Assembly: GCA_043228905.1 (NCBI GenBank)
Contig: JBHGNT010000018.1
Span: 1,984,001 to 2,048,000, forward strand
DNA: 64,000 bases
Reading direction: 5' to 3'
From: Azolla caroliniana
Lineage: Eukaryota; Plantae; Polypodiophyta
Every line of letters starts with the position of its first letter. The stretch's first letter is position 1. Positions 47,731 through 60,912 of this stretch are shown here, one piece after another. Position numbers and translations under genes: made by a program. The notes beneath the pieces are model-generated. The model saw only the letters and a list, made by a program, of their open reading frames with translations, made no database searches and was not told the DNA's origin.

Positions 47731-50700
47731 ACAAAGCACAAATTTGATGAGTAATCAATCATGTAAATATAAAATGATGGTGTTGCCAATTCGAACAAAT
47801 GCTTGTTTATTATGGGCAATAGGATATGCCACAAAAATATAGAGACTTAATGTGTACTAAATTAATGATTGTATTTGATAAGAGAGAAGCTATATGGGTC
47901 AAGTGCCATGCTATATTATATGCGCTCACTTGAGGCCAAGTGTGTATAAAGGGCTCCCATGTCACATTTAGAATGTGAGGGAAGTAATAAGATAATCATT
48001 TGATAAACAACCTTAATTCTCTATGTGGAAACATAACATAACAAACACATATGAAGTTATAACATAGTGTGAACTTGAGTTTAAAAAATAATCTTCATGG
48101 GTTTACAAACTCGTTTTCCACGAGGTATTCATAGTTACACTCAATATACTTGGCACCTATCACCTAGAAATTGGCTTTACAAATTCATTGTCACAACCCA
48201 AAGAGATGCATATACTATGCCAACAAAAGCTAAGATAATTAGTGTCACCTTCATAACACAATGCTAGCAAAGCTACAATCGTTACGTGCAATGGCTCAAG
48301 AAACACATCTATCCCTTAACACAAACTCTACTCATTTGGATTAATTATTTTGCTTTTGATTGTAAGCACTATTACGGAGATTGTATAATTATTGGTTGTT
48401 GGTTTACTTATGTATTTGTAGTGTACCGAAACATCACAAGTGTTGGGGTTACACCAACGTATGAAAGTATAGTTAAAATTTGAAGACTTTCTTGTACCCA
48501 CACAATACATATTTACATTGAATTTGTAAGGAAAGCTTCGAGATGCCCAACATAAAATGTATCTATTTCTCAGGTCATATCAAAGTTCAAGAACAATAAT
48601 TCATATACACGTGGATGTTGGTCTATCCAATAAAACTTATACAAACTTAATCGTAAACAATAGACTTATTTAAAGACATGTGTAATTGTGGGGCTATGTG
48701 TGTGTGTGTGTGGTTTGTATATGTGTCACTTAATGTTTGGAGGGAGGGTGGATTTTGAGAAAGGTGAAGTTCCCGGTAAATGCAAAGGACATGAAATCAT
48801 GTATGTCGTCTTCTCGTTATGGGTGATGATACAATATATGTGTGGCTCATACTTTATTGGAAGCATCGTATTTGAGCACAAGTGAGGTCAATGGCGATCT
48901 TGTCATTTTAAACATAGTCAAAGCTTCCTATCTCTTTGATTCACTTTAAATAAGATTATTACAAGTAGTGGAATACGAAATTATGAGGTTTCTTAATTGC
49001 AAAATCTCGAAATACCCGATAATAAGTGAGATTATGATCTTTCTTTTACGTTGCAAATCATACGGATCTTATTAAGCTAGCATAAGTCGAGAGAAGAGTA
49101 TGTGTAGCTAAAAAGCACAAACTTTTTACATCGTAAATATCATCAAATTGTATAGTAATATAGCATGATCACAAATTTTGGGTGGATCAAGAGTAGTATT
49201 ATGTGAGGGCTAGCTTTCACATACATGTAATGATGTATGCTAGAGAAAGAAAGAGGGAACTTGGATCTTAATGTTCGAAGACACCAACTATGCTTTTAGC
49301 ATCCATCATGTACCTCTGAGTGATCTAAGTTGATAGTAAGTATTGTTACATCAGCAATAGAGATTGCACACAAAATGATGGTAGCGGAGCATCAACATCT
49401 GCAAGTAGCCCCAATTGCATGGTCTTACTCAAGCACCAATACTAATGTAGCTTATCACAAGGTGTGCCACTACTTGATTGTAAATGTTCAAGGTGATACA
49501 AAGTACATATGTATACACACACACACACACACTCAAGCATACATATTATATCAAGTGGAACCCTAGACTGGATCATAATTTACCTTCAGAAAGGCATTAT
49601 GTGCTAAAATACAATGTGCATCACAAGAACTCGTTAGACATTTAATTTTGCTTATAGATTCACATGAACACATTACAAAATTGCAAAGTTGAACATTCCG
49701 AAGTGTTTCTCTCTTGACCACAAGACAAGAGGCTTCAGTTGCGCAATTTTTGGTGTTGATATTTAAAGGAAATGCCATACTTTTGCCATTGTTATTTTAG
49801 AATAATCTCCTTAGATCTTTCCATTGACGTATCATATGATAGGGTTTTATGGTCACATCTACTTGTACTTCTAGCCACCCCAGCTCATAAGTGTATCGAT
49901 GAATGACATGACATTTCTTAGAAGGTCAAAGTTGGAGTTTAGTATTGTAATTCTAAACTTTGATATATACACATGATTTCATGGTAAATCTATTGTTTTA
50001 CAACATTAAGGGTTTAATGGTTTAGGGTCTTCGGATCTTTTTGCAAAGGGTTTAATGGTTTGTTCATTGTAAAAACTTCTGTAATAATAGTTTGAGATCG
50101 GGTGTAATATCCACTAGTTCCCATTAACAACATTTACAATTTTACATTTTCCACAATTGAAAGAGTGAAAATAGGAGCATTGTGATCTCAAAGGCAATGT
50201 TAATCAATGGGATAGATCAGAAACTGCAACTATGAAATGAAAACACTTTAGTCCTACGAAGGGCCTAGTCATCATCATAATGTCCATGTGTGTGAAAGCA
50301 TAGCATGTTCACATTAATCATGATGTTAGATCTAAAAAGTGAGTGCAATGGAGTTTCAATTGTGCTTTTCAATCAAGCGAAGCTCTTCAAATTTATTTTT
50401 TTCCATAAAAAATATGCTCCATTGGTATTAAAATTAACAATGCCAAAGGCAATCTACAAATTGTACATAATAGTTTCCACTCCATAAGTATATATCGTAA
50501 AAAAAGGGACCAAATAAAGATGGCATTTGTTATGGCCTCTAAAAAACATCATGTTGCAGCCAACATTGGCTGAATGTGATTCCACATATACTGAAGCTCT
50601 TCAAATTTAAATTAAAGAATATTGAAATAATAACTTTGAAACTATGAGGAAAAGTTTTGAACTATGCAACTTTCACTAGAACTAGGACAAATATTTATGA

Positions 50701-52414
50701 ATGTGCCAATGGACGATTTTGCACACATAAACATAAGACATACATGTTTTGAATCTTCAATGTTGCCAAAGATATTAGCTTAAATAGTAGTTTCTATGTA
50801 TGTTTCTTCATTCGTAGTCCCAAACAAATCCAATTGTTATTGGCCTTCATGTGTTTGTATAATATCGAAGTTCAATTGTGTTAGGAAGGAGTAGTGACAT
50901 CAATTTAAAGGATTGTTAACATTGTTGGTCTCGCTATTCGGAAAACAACTTGTGAATTTATATCATTATTTTGTTTCTTCTTGTAGCATGTAATCGAAAA
51001 TAAAAGCATCAAGGTTGGCGACACTTAAATTGAGGTTAAATAAATTAAGATAGACATTCTATTCAACTTCCATCCCAAGTTTGCACGCATTCAAGCCTGT
51101 CTCCATTACCACATACATTTTGTTTTTTAAAGTGAAGTAACTAATGTACAATTTAACCATTGTTAAAAGTCGTCAATCAAAACATGTAATTAAGAAACAA
51201 ATTTGTGTTGGAATTTGTGCCTTCCACATTGCCAAATTCCATGCAAAGAAAAGCAAATTTTCAAAAGGGGACCATCTAAGATAACATGGGAGTAAATTCC
51301 TCTAAGTATGTATATGTCTTGACCTTTTCGCTGTACCTCACATAACCCAATACCTGACTGACACACAAAATGTCTCCTTAACCAAAAACCATACAGGTTG
51401 GTAACATCCAACATGATATGCAATCCAAGAATGACAAAGAAACTTTGTGGAAATATGTTTTGTTATACAATGTAAGTTTTTTTGTGTAGTTTTCTTATAT
51501 TGATGACAGTTATGGTTGCCTACTTTTGCATGTTCGCTTTAATGGGCACAAATTTGGTTTCCTTGGATGGATTGGCATTACTTTTTCCATGCAATCATTT
51601 ACGTAGAAGAATCGAAGCTATTAACAAAATTTTGCAGTAATGCCATAAGTAGGGTTTGCTCATTCACTTCAATCTTTTACCTGGATTTTGTCTTTAACAG
51701 CATTCAAGCATTGATAGGAAGCTTTTAACATGTTCTAAAAAAGTATACTTGGTAGAAATGTTTTTGATTATTTATGTTTTCTATAGTATATGATTGTGTT
51801 TATATGCATGCATTTGTGCACACACATGTTTATAAGGCATCAACGGAATTGAAACACACACCCACATGTGTGTCATCCAACAATCGATTCTCTTCATGTA
51901 TTTTGCTTTTTGTAAAACATATTAGTTTAAGATACAACATCATATCCTAGCTCTATGAATATAATTTTCCCAAACGAATTTGGTAAAAAATGAAACTACG
52001 GAGAGCAATTTATGGTATAGTTTTATAATTGTTTAGTATAATGTGTCCCACCATAAGATTGCTATATCCCAGTAAAAAGCAACCTTTCCCACTTTCATTT
52101 TACGATGGTGAAACAATCTCATGCCTATATATTCTATACACAATGAACACACTAGGACTTCCTTGATGCCTCCATCTTGTTACATTAACCTTACAATATT
52201 GACAATTTTGTAGTATAGTTGCATGGAAAAAAGATGCTAATCATTTACATTTAGTATGTAAACCCCAAGAAAACCATAAAAAAAATGTGGTTACCCTCTC
52301 TAAATGCCGAGACAATTTGTACCCAAAGTCACATGTAAAACTAAGACTACTCATATCAATAAATCTCTCTTTCTCAATGCACACATTTGTTCGTAAAATC
52401 ATCAAGCATCCAAA

Positions 52415-52451
<37 letters not shown>

Positions 52452-53345
52452 GGCACTTTTGTTGGTAAATTTTTCAATCATACAAAGTTACTAGTCAACT
52501 CGTCACATACTATGTAAACATGTACACTTTTAGTCCCATGGGAGTCATGTGTGGCCACTGACTGAAGCACAATGACAAATATAACCTCTATGATGAACAC
52601 ATCATTGACCATACAAAATCCCTTCTTACCCTTACTACAGCAGTGACTTTCCTCTTTGAGGTGTTGATAGGAGCTGACCTTGGACCACAGTTTGAGATAA
52701 TCTATAGCCTTACAATGCTACAATACCGTAAAGCATCAATCAATGCTAACCACGTTGGGTCGAATAAGGATGACATTGAAAGTAACTTCCTAGGGCAACA
52801 AACCAAACTTCTCAATCCACCTATATATTGAATGTGTTGGCGAACACATGTTCATTTACTTTGAAAGGAAGGAAGAGTGCCATAGACAAATATCCCAAGA
52901 AGACACTGATTTCAATCTCCATGTCTAGAAGCCAACAAACACCACAATGACCACGCTTATGGCGAGACATTCAAAACCTATAGTACCACCAGGTGAGCTT
53001 GTTCCTATAGTACCACCAGGTGAGCTTGTTCCTAGCAAAGTTTGAAACCATTGCACATACAACAAGATATACTACTAAAGGACATGCATTAAGCCCAGAT
53101 GTTTTAAAAAAATGAGCATTAATAAAAATTGAATGAAGCTTAGATCCTTTCAGATTACTACTTAACTCATATGGCTTGTTTGATCTGTGTATACATTTTG
53201 CTCGCATGCTTCATGGGGAAGCTAAGTCTCAGTCAGTTAACACATTAAGAGAGAGATCCAAGACACAATGTGTTATGTGAATGAGTGTCTCTTGGCATTT
53301 TTGCCCAAAGGGAAGGAAAAGTTGTGTGATTTGATCTCAAACATA

Positions 53346-56300
53346 TCAATCAAGCTTTTCCATTTCTAGCTTAGACATGGAAATATCCAAATCCACTCCA
53401 CCTTCCATGTCCCCAAATTTGCAGCTCTGCTCATCATGGCTATGGCTCACATTGTAACAATCCATGGAGTCCTTGTCTTCCCGTAAATTCTCGCTTTGCC
53501 CACTACATTCGTAGCTATCCCTCTTGGACGAGTCTTTGTTATTAGGTACATCTGATTCCTCTCTATCACAAACATCTTTAGGTTCTTCATCCTTTTGACC
53601 TTCCATTGATGAGCTCGAATTTCGGCGCACACTGCCCAACCCTGTCCGTCCATCTAATCGTCCACCTCTGGCTGATGGTCCGGACTGACCCGCAGCTACC
53701 CTTGGCATTGGACACTCGATTCCATTCCTAGGGGGCACAAAGACTAATGGTAGATATTCATCGGTATCGCATGCAAACCTCGAGTTTCGGAAGTGATCTT
53801 CTAATGCCGGCCGTCCCTGCAATCATCAGTACGTTTGTTAGCTTCATTTACATCACTGCAAAAGGTGTCATAAGATTAGTCCATCAGGACAAAAGAAACA
53901 CAACCAATTGTTTCCAATGGGAAGGACATAGAATGATAACATAATCCGCATCATTAGATGGAATTAAAGCAGCATTGTATGTTTGGATGGATAAGAGTTA
54001 GTTGCATGTTTTGATTCCTTTTACCCAGAAAACAACATTGGTTTATATACATGAATCAAATCTATCAGAAAAGAAGAGCAATCAAATCTCAAAGTGAATT
54101 TAATGCAAATGCTAAATGTACAATCTACCAATAATATGTCTACCTGGACTCGGGCATACGCGATCTTACAAATCTTCCTCGAGTTGAATGCCTCCCACGC
54201 TTGCTCATTAAATGACTTGTAGAATTTTAAGGTTGCTAGAGCAGTAGTGAAATTGACAAATGCATAACCCAAATTACATCTATTTCTGTAAATGAAGGTA
54301 GTGACCAAGATAGGGGAAGGATATTAGAACTAAATCCAACAATACAAATTAAACATAACATATATTAGTGCCGTAATGGCAGAGAAACCTGTCTACAGAT
54401 GTTAATTGCACAAATGCAAACAAAAAATACTTACTTAAAATCAATGGGAAGGTAAACGAAATCATATGCCGACTCGGGCTCATTAATATCTAGTATTCTT
54501 CGGTTGCAATCTAGGCAATGTTTATCCAACAAGGACAACAACATTTGCTGGCTGCAGTTTGAAAAATCCAGGAATTAGTATCCAAGCACTGAAAATCAAG
54601 TAGAATGCAGCCCATTACACAAGAATTGAATGCAATTACTTCGGACACCCCGGAAAGCTTCAAAATTGACAAGCAGTCACTTAATGTAGCTCTACTGAAA
54701 TTCATACTACATAGAGTGAACTTCAAATTGAAGCTTTGGGATACTATAACAAGTAAAAAACTAGATATGGTGTACCACATGTGTCACTAACATACCTGTA
54801 TTTGTTAGGAATGTTCCGGATCATAAGTGTCGTCCTTGGATTACCAGACACCACATAGACCTCCCTCTCATCGAATTCAAAATGCAAATTTCCTGCACCC
54901 CTATGAGAATGGTGATGATGATGAGGCTCTCTCATAACTTCACACATTTGCTTCTCAGCACTACAATTCAAGTTCTCGACACCAATATGGTTATTGACAG
55001 CATTGACACTACTACACTTGGGGTCGGGATTGGCAGACCCTGATCGCCTCAACCTCCTTGGACCAGCCACAACCTCACCACTATACCCATTTGGAGGGAC
55101 TGCGGGTGTTTTCCCTTTCATATCATGGCAATGGTCATAGCTCAGTAGAGCCGGCGGCATCTCCTCTGGAACCCCAAGTGACGGGTCGTAATCGAAAGCG
55201 TTGAAACCACAAGCACCTACACTGTGGGTAGTGACAATGGGCGGCGGAGGGGACCGGATATTACTGTCAAAGACTGATCTTCGCCATTCAAAGTGGGTAG
55301 GGAACATAGCCATGCCATAGCTAGGATGGTAACCCATGTTGTGGTAGCCATTAAATGCATGATCTCCATGAATCCAACTGCATTGATCTTGGTTTATATG
55401 ATGATGGTCCTGAGGGGTTACAACAGGGTCTGGATGATATATAGTGTTTACTGGTGGATATGGCAATCCTTTGGCATTCTTTCGGCCCATGCTCGAGCCG
55501 CCATTGATGCTTATGTTGCTTAGCCGGCCTTGTTTGCTGAACTCTATCTTCATGGGCTTCCCACAGACCTCTTTGCCATTCAGCGAAGACCAAGCGGCTG
55601 CCGCATCTCTTATATCGTAGAACTCCACAAATTTGTGTTGCTTCTTCATCGGAGCCTCTCTCAACTCCCTCACATTTCCTGATCATATGCATATGTACAT
55701 ATAAAGGGCATCAATACAGAATGATTTCCTGATCATAAACATATGCATAATTGCATGGATAGAGAATGATTTCCTAAGCATAAACATATACATAATCACA
55801 TGGACAGAGAATGATTTCCTGAGCATAAACATATGCATAATCGCATCAGTACAGAACGATTTCTTGAGCATAAACATGTGTACGTACATAATCGCATCAA
55901 TGCAGAACGATTTTTGAGCATAACCATATGTATACATACATAATGGCATCAATGAAGAACGATCTACCGAGCACATACGTATATATTTACAAATAATAGC
56001 TTCAATACAGAACGATTTTTTGAGCACATACATATACATAATCGCATCAATACAGAACGATAGCACGATAAAAAAAACTGGCTTTAATGATAATAAAACA
56101 ATAGCAGAGATCAAGGCAATCGCATCTCTACAGGTCTGTGAAATACAAGGGTACCCCCTCATGCAATTGTAGCGATGGCGTCAAGCTACTAGGCTTCAGG
56201 GAGATTTGATTACATATGTACAGAACGAGGTAGATAATTATGTCTGCACTCACCAAATCTTTCGAAGATTTCTCGAAGCTCTCGCATGCTAATGTCGGAG

Positions 56301-57589
56301 CCGACATTGAAGAGCACCAGAGTACCTTGGTTATGGGCATCCTCCACAGGCATGTTCCATGGCGCGATGTATTGAGCCCACACGACATGGCCACATATCA
56401 GACCTTTGCTTCCTTCCTGTCCTGCACAGGAGGAGGAGCTCTCCTGCTGCTCTACAGTCGCGATCCCATGAAGGATCGGATTCATGCACACATTAGGATT
56501 TTCTTTGGTGCTGGAGCTGGAGCATGCGCTGGCCGCCATAGCCGGCGAGCTAATAAGGTTGTGATGGGAATGCAGTCTACTGCTAATCTCTTCCTGATTG
56601 AATCGGAACCTCTGCTGCCTGAGCAGGTGCTTGCTCTGCATGTCCTTGAGCGCCTGCTTCGCCGAGCGGAGATCGTAGAACTGAACCAGGATGATTCCTT
56701 CCGACGCCCTCTCGAACTGAAGGCTCCTTATCGGCCCCCACGACTTCTCTATCTCTTCCCGAACGCCGGCCTCGGAAGCTCCCGGAGGCACACCCGTCAG
56801 TAACAGAGCTCTGGAGATGTGCTCCTTACTGTTCGAGCTATGGTGAGATTGCAATTGATTTTGAACGTATATGGCAGGCGCGATTCCTCTCTGATTGCAG
56901 GCATCATGCATTGGGTTAGAAGGGGTCGCTGCAGGATAAACCAGAGGTGCCATCATTTGTCGAGGACTAATCAGAGCCGAATTAAACGCAACATTAGGGT
57001 TTGGATGGATTGTATTACTGAAGCGTCCCCCATAACCAGGCTGCTCTGGTTCAGGAATGTAATTAGGGTGGACGTGGTTCGCGTGATGGCTGACATTAAT
57101 CAGGCCGTTGTATGCGCTCTCCATTGGTTGATGACAGTCGTAAATTCGAGGGCTCATATTAATCAGAGATGGTTGCGTCTTCAGATGCATCGAACATGAA
57201 GATGAGGAAGATGGCGATGATAATGCTGAAGATGCAGCGATAAAATTGGAGCTGGGATTAACAGGAGTGAATTCAGAAGCATTAGGATCTAAACCAACTG
57301 TTGGATTAGCAGGAGAAGAAGAAAAGGATGATGATGATGATAATATAGACGATGATGATGCGACAGTCGATTTCGTCTCTTCGGCGTCTGTTGATGAATC
57401 AGACTTGCAGCAAGGTTCCATCTTTGACTGAGACCTTCTATCCTCTGTTGATTCCTCTACTTTCTCTTCTTCGTTCAGACCTTCCATCTCCGTTGGACTG
57501 AGATGGTGATTCATGTTGTGAAGAGATAGAGACAGAGAAGCTATAGTCGCCATAGATGCAGAGCTGATCTCAGTACAGACTGAATCCAT
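53346..57589 (-). CDS. TEL1: TERMINAL EAR1-like / MEI2-family RNA-binding protein (three RRMs), 5 exons, ~982 aa
   Basis: Exons 57589-56254, 55678-54796, 54551-54435, 54285-54144 and 53816-53346 (2949 nt, in frame, GT-AG). RRM1 SRALLL...VQFYDLR; RRM2 NQGTLVLFN...FVEFYDIRDA; RRM3 RTTLMIRNIPNKYS...[23 protein letters not shown]...YARVQG...HFRNSRFAC. N-terminal LDPNASEFTP. Confidence 0.93.
55676..56125. repeat. ~45-51-bp minisatellite (about 8 units) in TEL intron 1
   Basis: The unit agcataaacatatgcataatcgcatcaatacagaacgatttc(c/t)tg is repeated and overlaps the exon-2 acceptor. Confidence 0.9.
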
Positions 57590-57814
57590 TGAAGATAGAT
57601 TAGCAAGGTCGCTCCGATTCTTCCTCTGTATACAGTATTGACGAGAATCGAACAGACAATGATTAAATAAGTTGAAGCAATTTACTTCTGCAACCTAGAG
57701 ATGAGCCATAGCCATCTGTATATGCCATTTAAAATGAGAAGTTAAAGCTGTGTGGAGATGTACGTTTGAATCGCCATGGCTCACTGGTTATTTCTCAACA
57801 AGTATAAATATGGA

Positions 57815-57816
57815 TA

Positions 57817-57858
<42 letters not shown>

Positions 57859-59461
57859 GAAGCAGAAGGACGAAGAAGCTTTAATGGAGGAAACGATTAA
57901 TTCTGTTGTTATGTTATATTCTTCTTCTGATCATCAAAAGAAAAAGAAAAGAAAAGAAAGAAAGTAAGGAACTAAAAGGTCAGAGGTTTGGAAGGCGATG
58001 AGGCAGACAGACAGTCAGGCAGGCAGGAGAAACACACAGAGGAATTTGTTAAACCCTAACGAGAATGAGAAAAGAAAGGAAGCGCAGCGAAATAAAATAA
58101 TTGAACAGGTTCTTTCAATCAGTTGGTTAATTTAGTTGATTAAATTGTTCGATAGTTAGTTAACTAGTTGATTAATTAAAAGCCTAGCAGAAGCAAAAAT
58201 CTATCTCTAATTGGCAGCAGATGAGGTAGTTGTGGGTGAGGTTCCAAATTTTATTTATATGTAGGTTTAGCAGTAAAACACTAAACCCCAAGAAAGAGAA
58301 GGAAAAAGGAGGAGGAGGAGAGAATTAACCCTAGTGAGAAGAAATTAGGGTTTGATTAAGAGACGAACGGCCAACTAATTATGCCTTAACCAAAAAAAAA
58401 ATGAGGCAGTGACTGATCAGGAATTTGGGGGTTTTTGTCAAACGTGATGCTAAATCTATAACAGTGCACAGAAAGAGAGACAATCAGAGTCACAGAGAGA
58501 GAGAGAGAGAGAGAGAGAAAGCAGAGAGGTAGAAAGAGAAAGTGGCATAAAGGATATGGAGGATATGCTCTTTTTTTCCCTGCTGCTTTCTCACAAAAAT
58601 AGAGAGAGATAAAGAGAGAGAGAGAGAGAGAGGTTTTAGGGTTAGGGTTTTGGCAGTGGCAGGACAGTACGCTTCTGTGCTAGTGACGCTAAGTAATAAT
58701 AATATTATGCAGACACAGAGAGAGAGAGAGAGAGAGAGAATTAACTAAGTCTTAATGACACTTAGATTACGTTAATTAATCAGGAGGCTATGCCGCTAAT
58801 CACCGCTCCCACCTAAATTTAATTAATTTAAAATCAAATCAAATCCTAAAAATAATAATAATAAATAACAATATATATATATATATATTAAACAAATTTA
58901 CATTATTGTTGTAAGGGCTCAGCAGCCACCCTCTCCACCTATAATAATAATAATTATTATTATTATTATTATTATAACATTAAATTATATTATTAACTAT
59001 TAATCTATTATTTTATGACTCGTTTGTTTTATTTATTATTAATTATTTAGAAGCGAAAGGGTGGTGGGTTGATGATGATGAGGGAAAGAAGAAGACATAA
59101 TAATAAAAATAACAAATGAAAAATGTATGCATGGAATATGAAATGCATGTCATGTCATGTTCGTATATACGTACGTATCTGGAGCGTATATTGTGTGTCT
59201 ATGGGGGGGGGGGGCGGCGTACGCATACCTCTACGTATGTTGGGCAGCGTATGTATGTATGTATGTATGTATATGCATGCATGTATGTATGTATGTATGT
59301 AGATGTATGTATGCATGTGTGGGTATTGGGGGGGCGTTATGCTCCATGGCCTAGAGAGAGAATGAAGAGAGAGGGGGAGGGAGAGCAGGGGTCAAGGCGT
59401 ACGAGGCTGTCCGAGCTAGAGAGAGAGAGAGAGAGAGTGGAGCACATTCATGGGGGCCTGC

Positions 59462-59495
<34 letters not shown>

Positions 59496-59800
59496 CGCGT
59501 GGTAGAGAGGGAGTCTAGAGAGAGAAAGGGAGCACCGTCCTAAATCCGAATATAAGAAAAAAGTAAAATAAATACATAATAATAATAATAATAATCGTCT
59601 TATTAATTGGATGAATATATGTACATGCCAGTACATATACATATGTGTGTGTGTATCTATCGATATATATTTTTATTTATATACGCACCTTATATAAATA
59701 TAAATATATTGTTTGATGTCGGGTAGAGAGAGAAAGAGAGAGAGGGGGGTGGCGGCCCCGATGTCCGTCCGGACTGCTGCCTCGTGTGAAATCGTCCCGT
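57815..59800 (-). promoter_or_regulatory. TEL upstream region with many (GA)n tracts and telo-boxes
   Basis: (GA)n at ~57818, 58495, 58613, 58718, 59419 and 59465. AAACCCTAA/TTAGGGTTT at ~58051, 58345 and 58636. Confidence 0.5.
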
Positions 59801-60912
59801 TGATATCTTCTCTCTATATATTTTATTTATGTATTTTTACTCCTTTTTTTCTTCTTTTTTAAATATTTTTTTGCTGTCATTCTTCTTCTTCTTCTTCTTT
59901 GCTTCTTGTTTTAATGAATCAAGAATGAATATGAATGAACTAATATTATTACATGCATACTAACACAATCCAATCATAAGTCTCTCTCTCTCTCTCTTCT
60001 TCGGAACTCATACTCATTCATTCATTCAATTGCTATTAACAACACTATGTATGTATATATTATCACTCCTATTAAATGTGGCTTTGAAACCCCCCCCCCC
60101 CCACAAAATAATAACCCCCCTGAGAATGGAATGGCATCTCTAGGAGGAGGGAGTCATATGCCCACCTCCACGATCTTTTCCGATAACTCGATGTCCTATT
60201 ATTGTCCCAACCCGGCCGTCCACCCATATCCATGTCTAACCCAAGCAAAGAGTCTCAATTGAGACACATGGTTCCTTCCTTTACCCTACCCCCCTACTTT
60301 CTCCCATTGCCATTCACCGAACCGATGAGATCGCATCCCATAAAAGTTAATAGGAATGGAGAATTCAATGTATATATACACATACATACTTCTCTAGCCC
60401 TTCATAGAACAATTTTCTTTCCGATACCTCCTTGCCCCAAATTTTACCATGAACACATTCCACTTTCCTCGGTCAAATTTTTACCTTTGTGTTTCTGACA
60501 ATACTCCATACTTCGGGGGCTTACATCAATATTTGGAGCTTTTCTCAATATGTGAGTTGTGATGTACGTAGTAAGATTATGTATTTCGTGACCCCGCAAC
60601 ATGCACAAGCCTCGCAATATTCTATGTTAAATGGAAAACAAAAGACAAAAATACAAATGCCTCTATTTGACAAAGGTAATTGTTTGCCGAAAAACACATC
60701 GTCGAGAACTATCAACTTAGCTAAGGTCGAACATTATTTTCTTATGAGACTTGCAACTTAGTGTTCCTCACCTCTAACTTCTTCTTAGTGTAAGGCATCC
60801 AACTATCACATTATTATTATTATTATTATTTTCCAAAAAAGGAGCTACTTTCCCATTACTTAGGAGAGATTTTTATAGAAAGACTATATAAGTATATAAG
60901 TCAAGGAATCAC

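Noticed and set aside
48000-53300. Short ORFs and possible transposon remnants in the AT-rich intergenic stretch, including a 27-bp tandem duplication at ~52977
   Set aside because: No recognisable domain, termini or consistent splice structure by eye.
55683-56162. 159-aa repetitive ORF and possible CRISPR-like array
   Set aside because: It is an intronic minisatellite with no unique spacers and no cas genes, in a eukaryotic context.
56240-57431. Plus-strand ORFs of 187, 126 and 61 aa
   Set aside because: Antisense shadows of GC-rich TEL exon 1.
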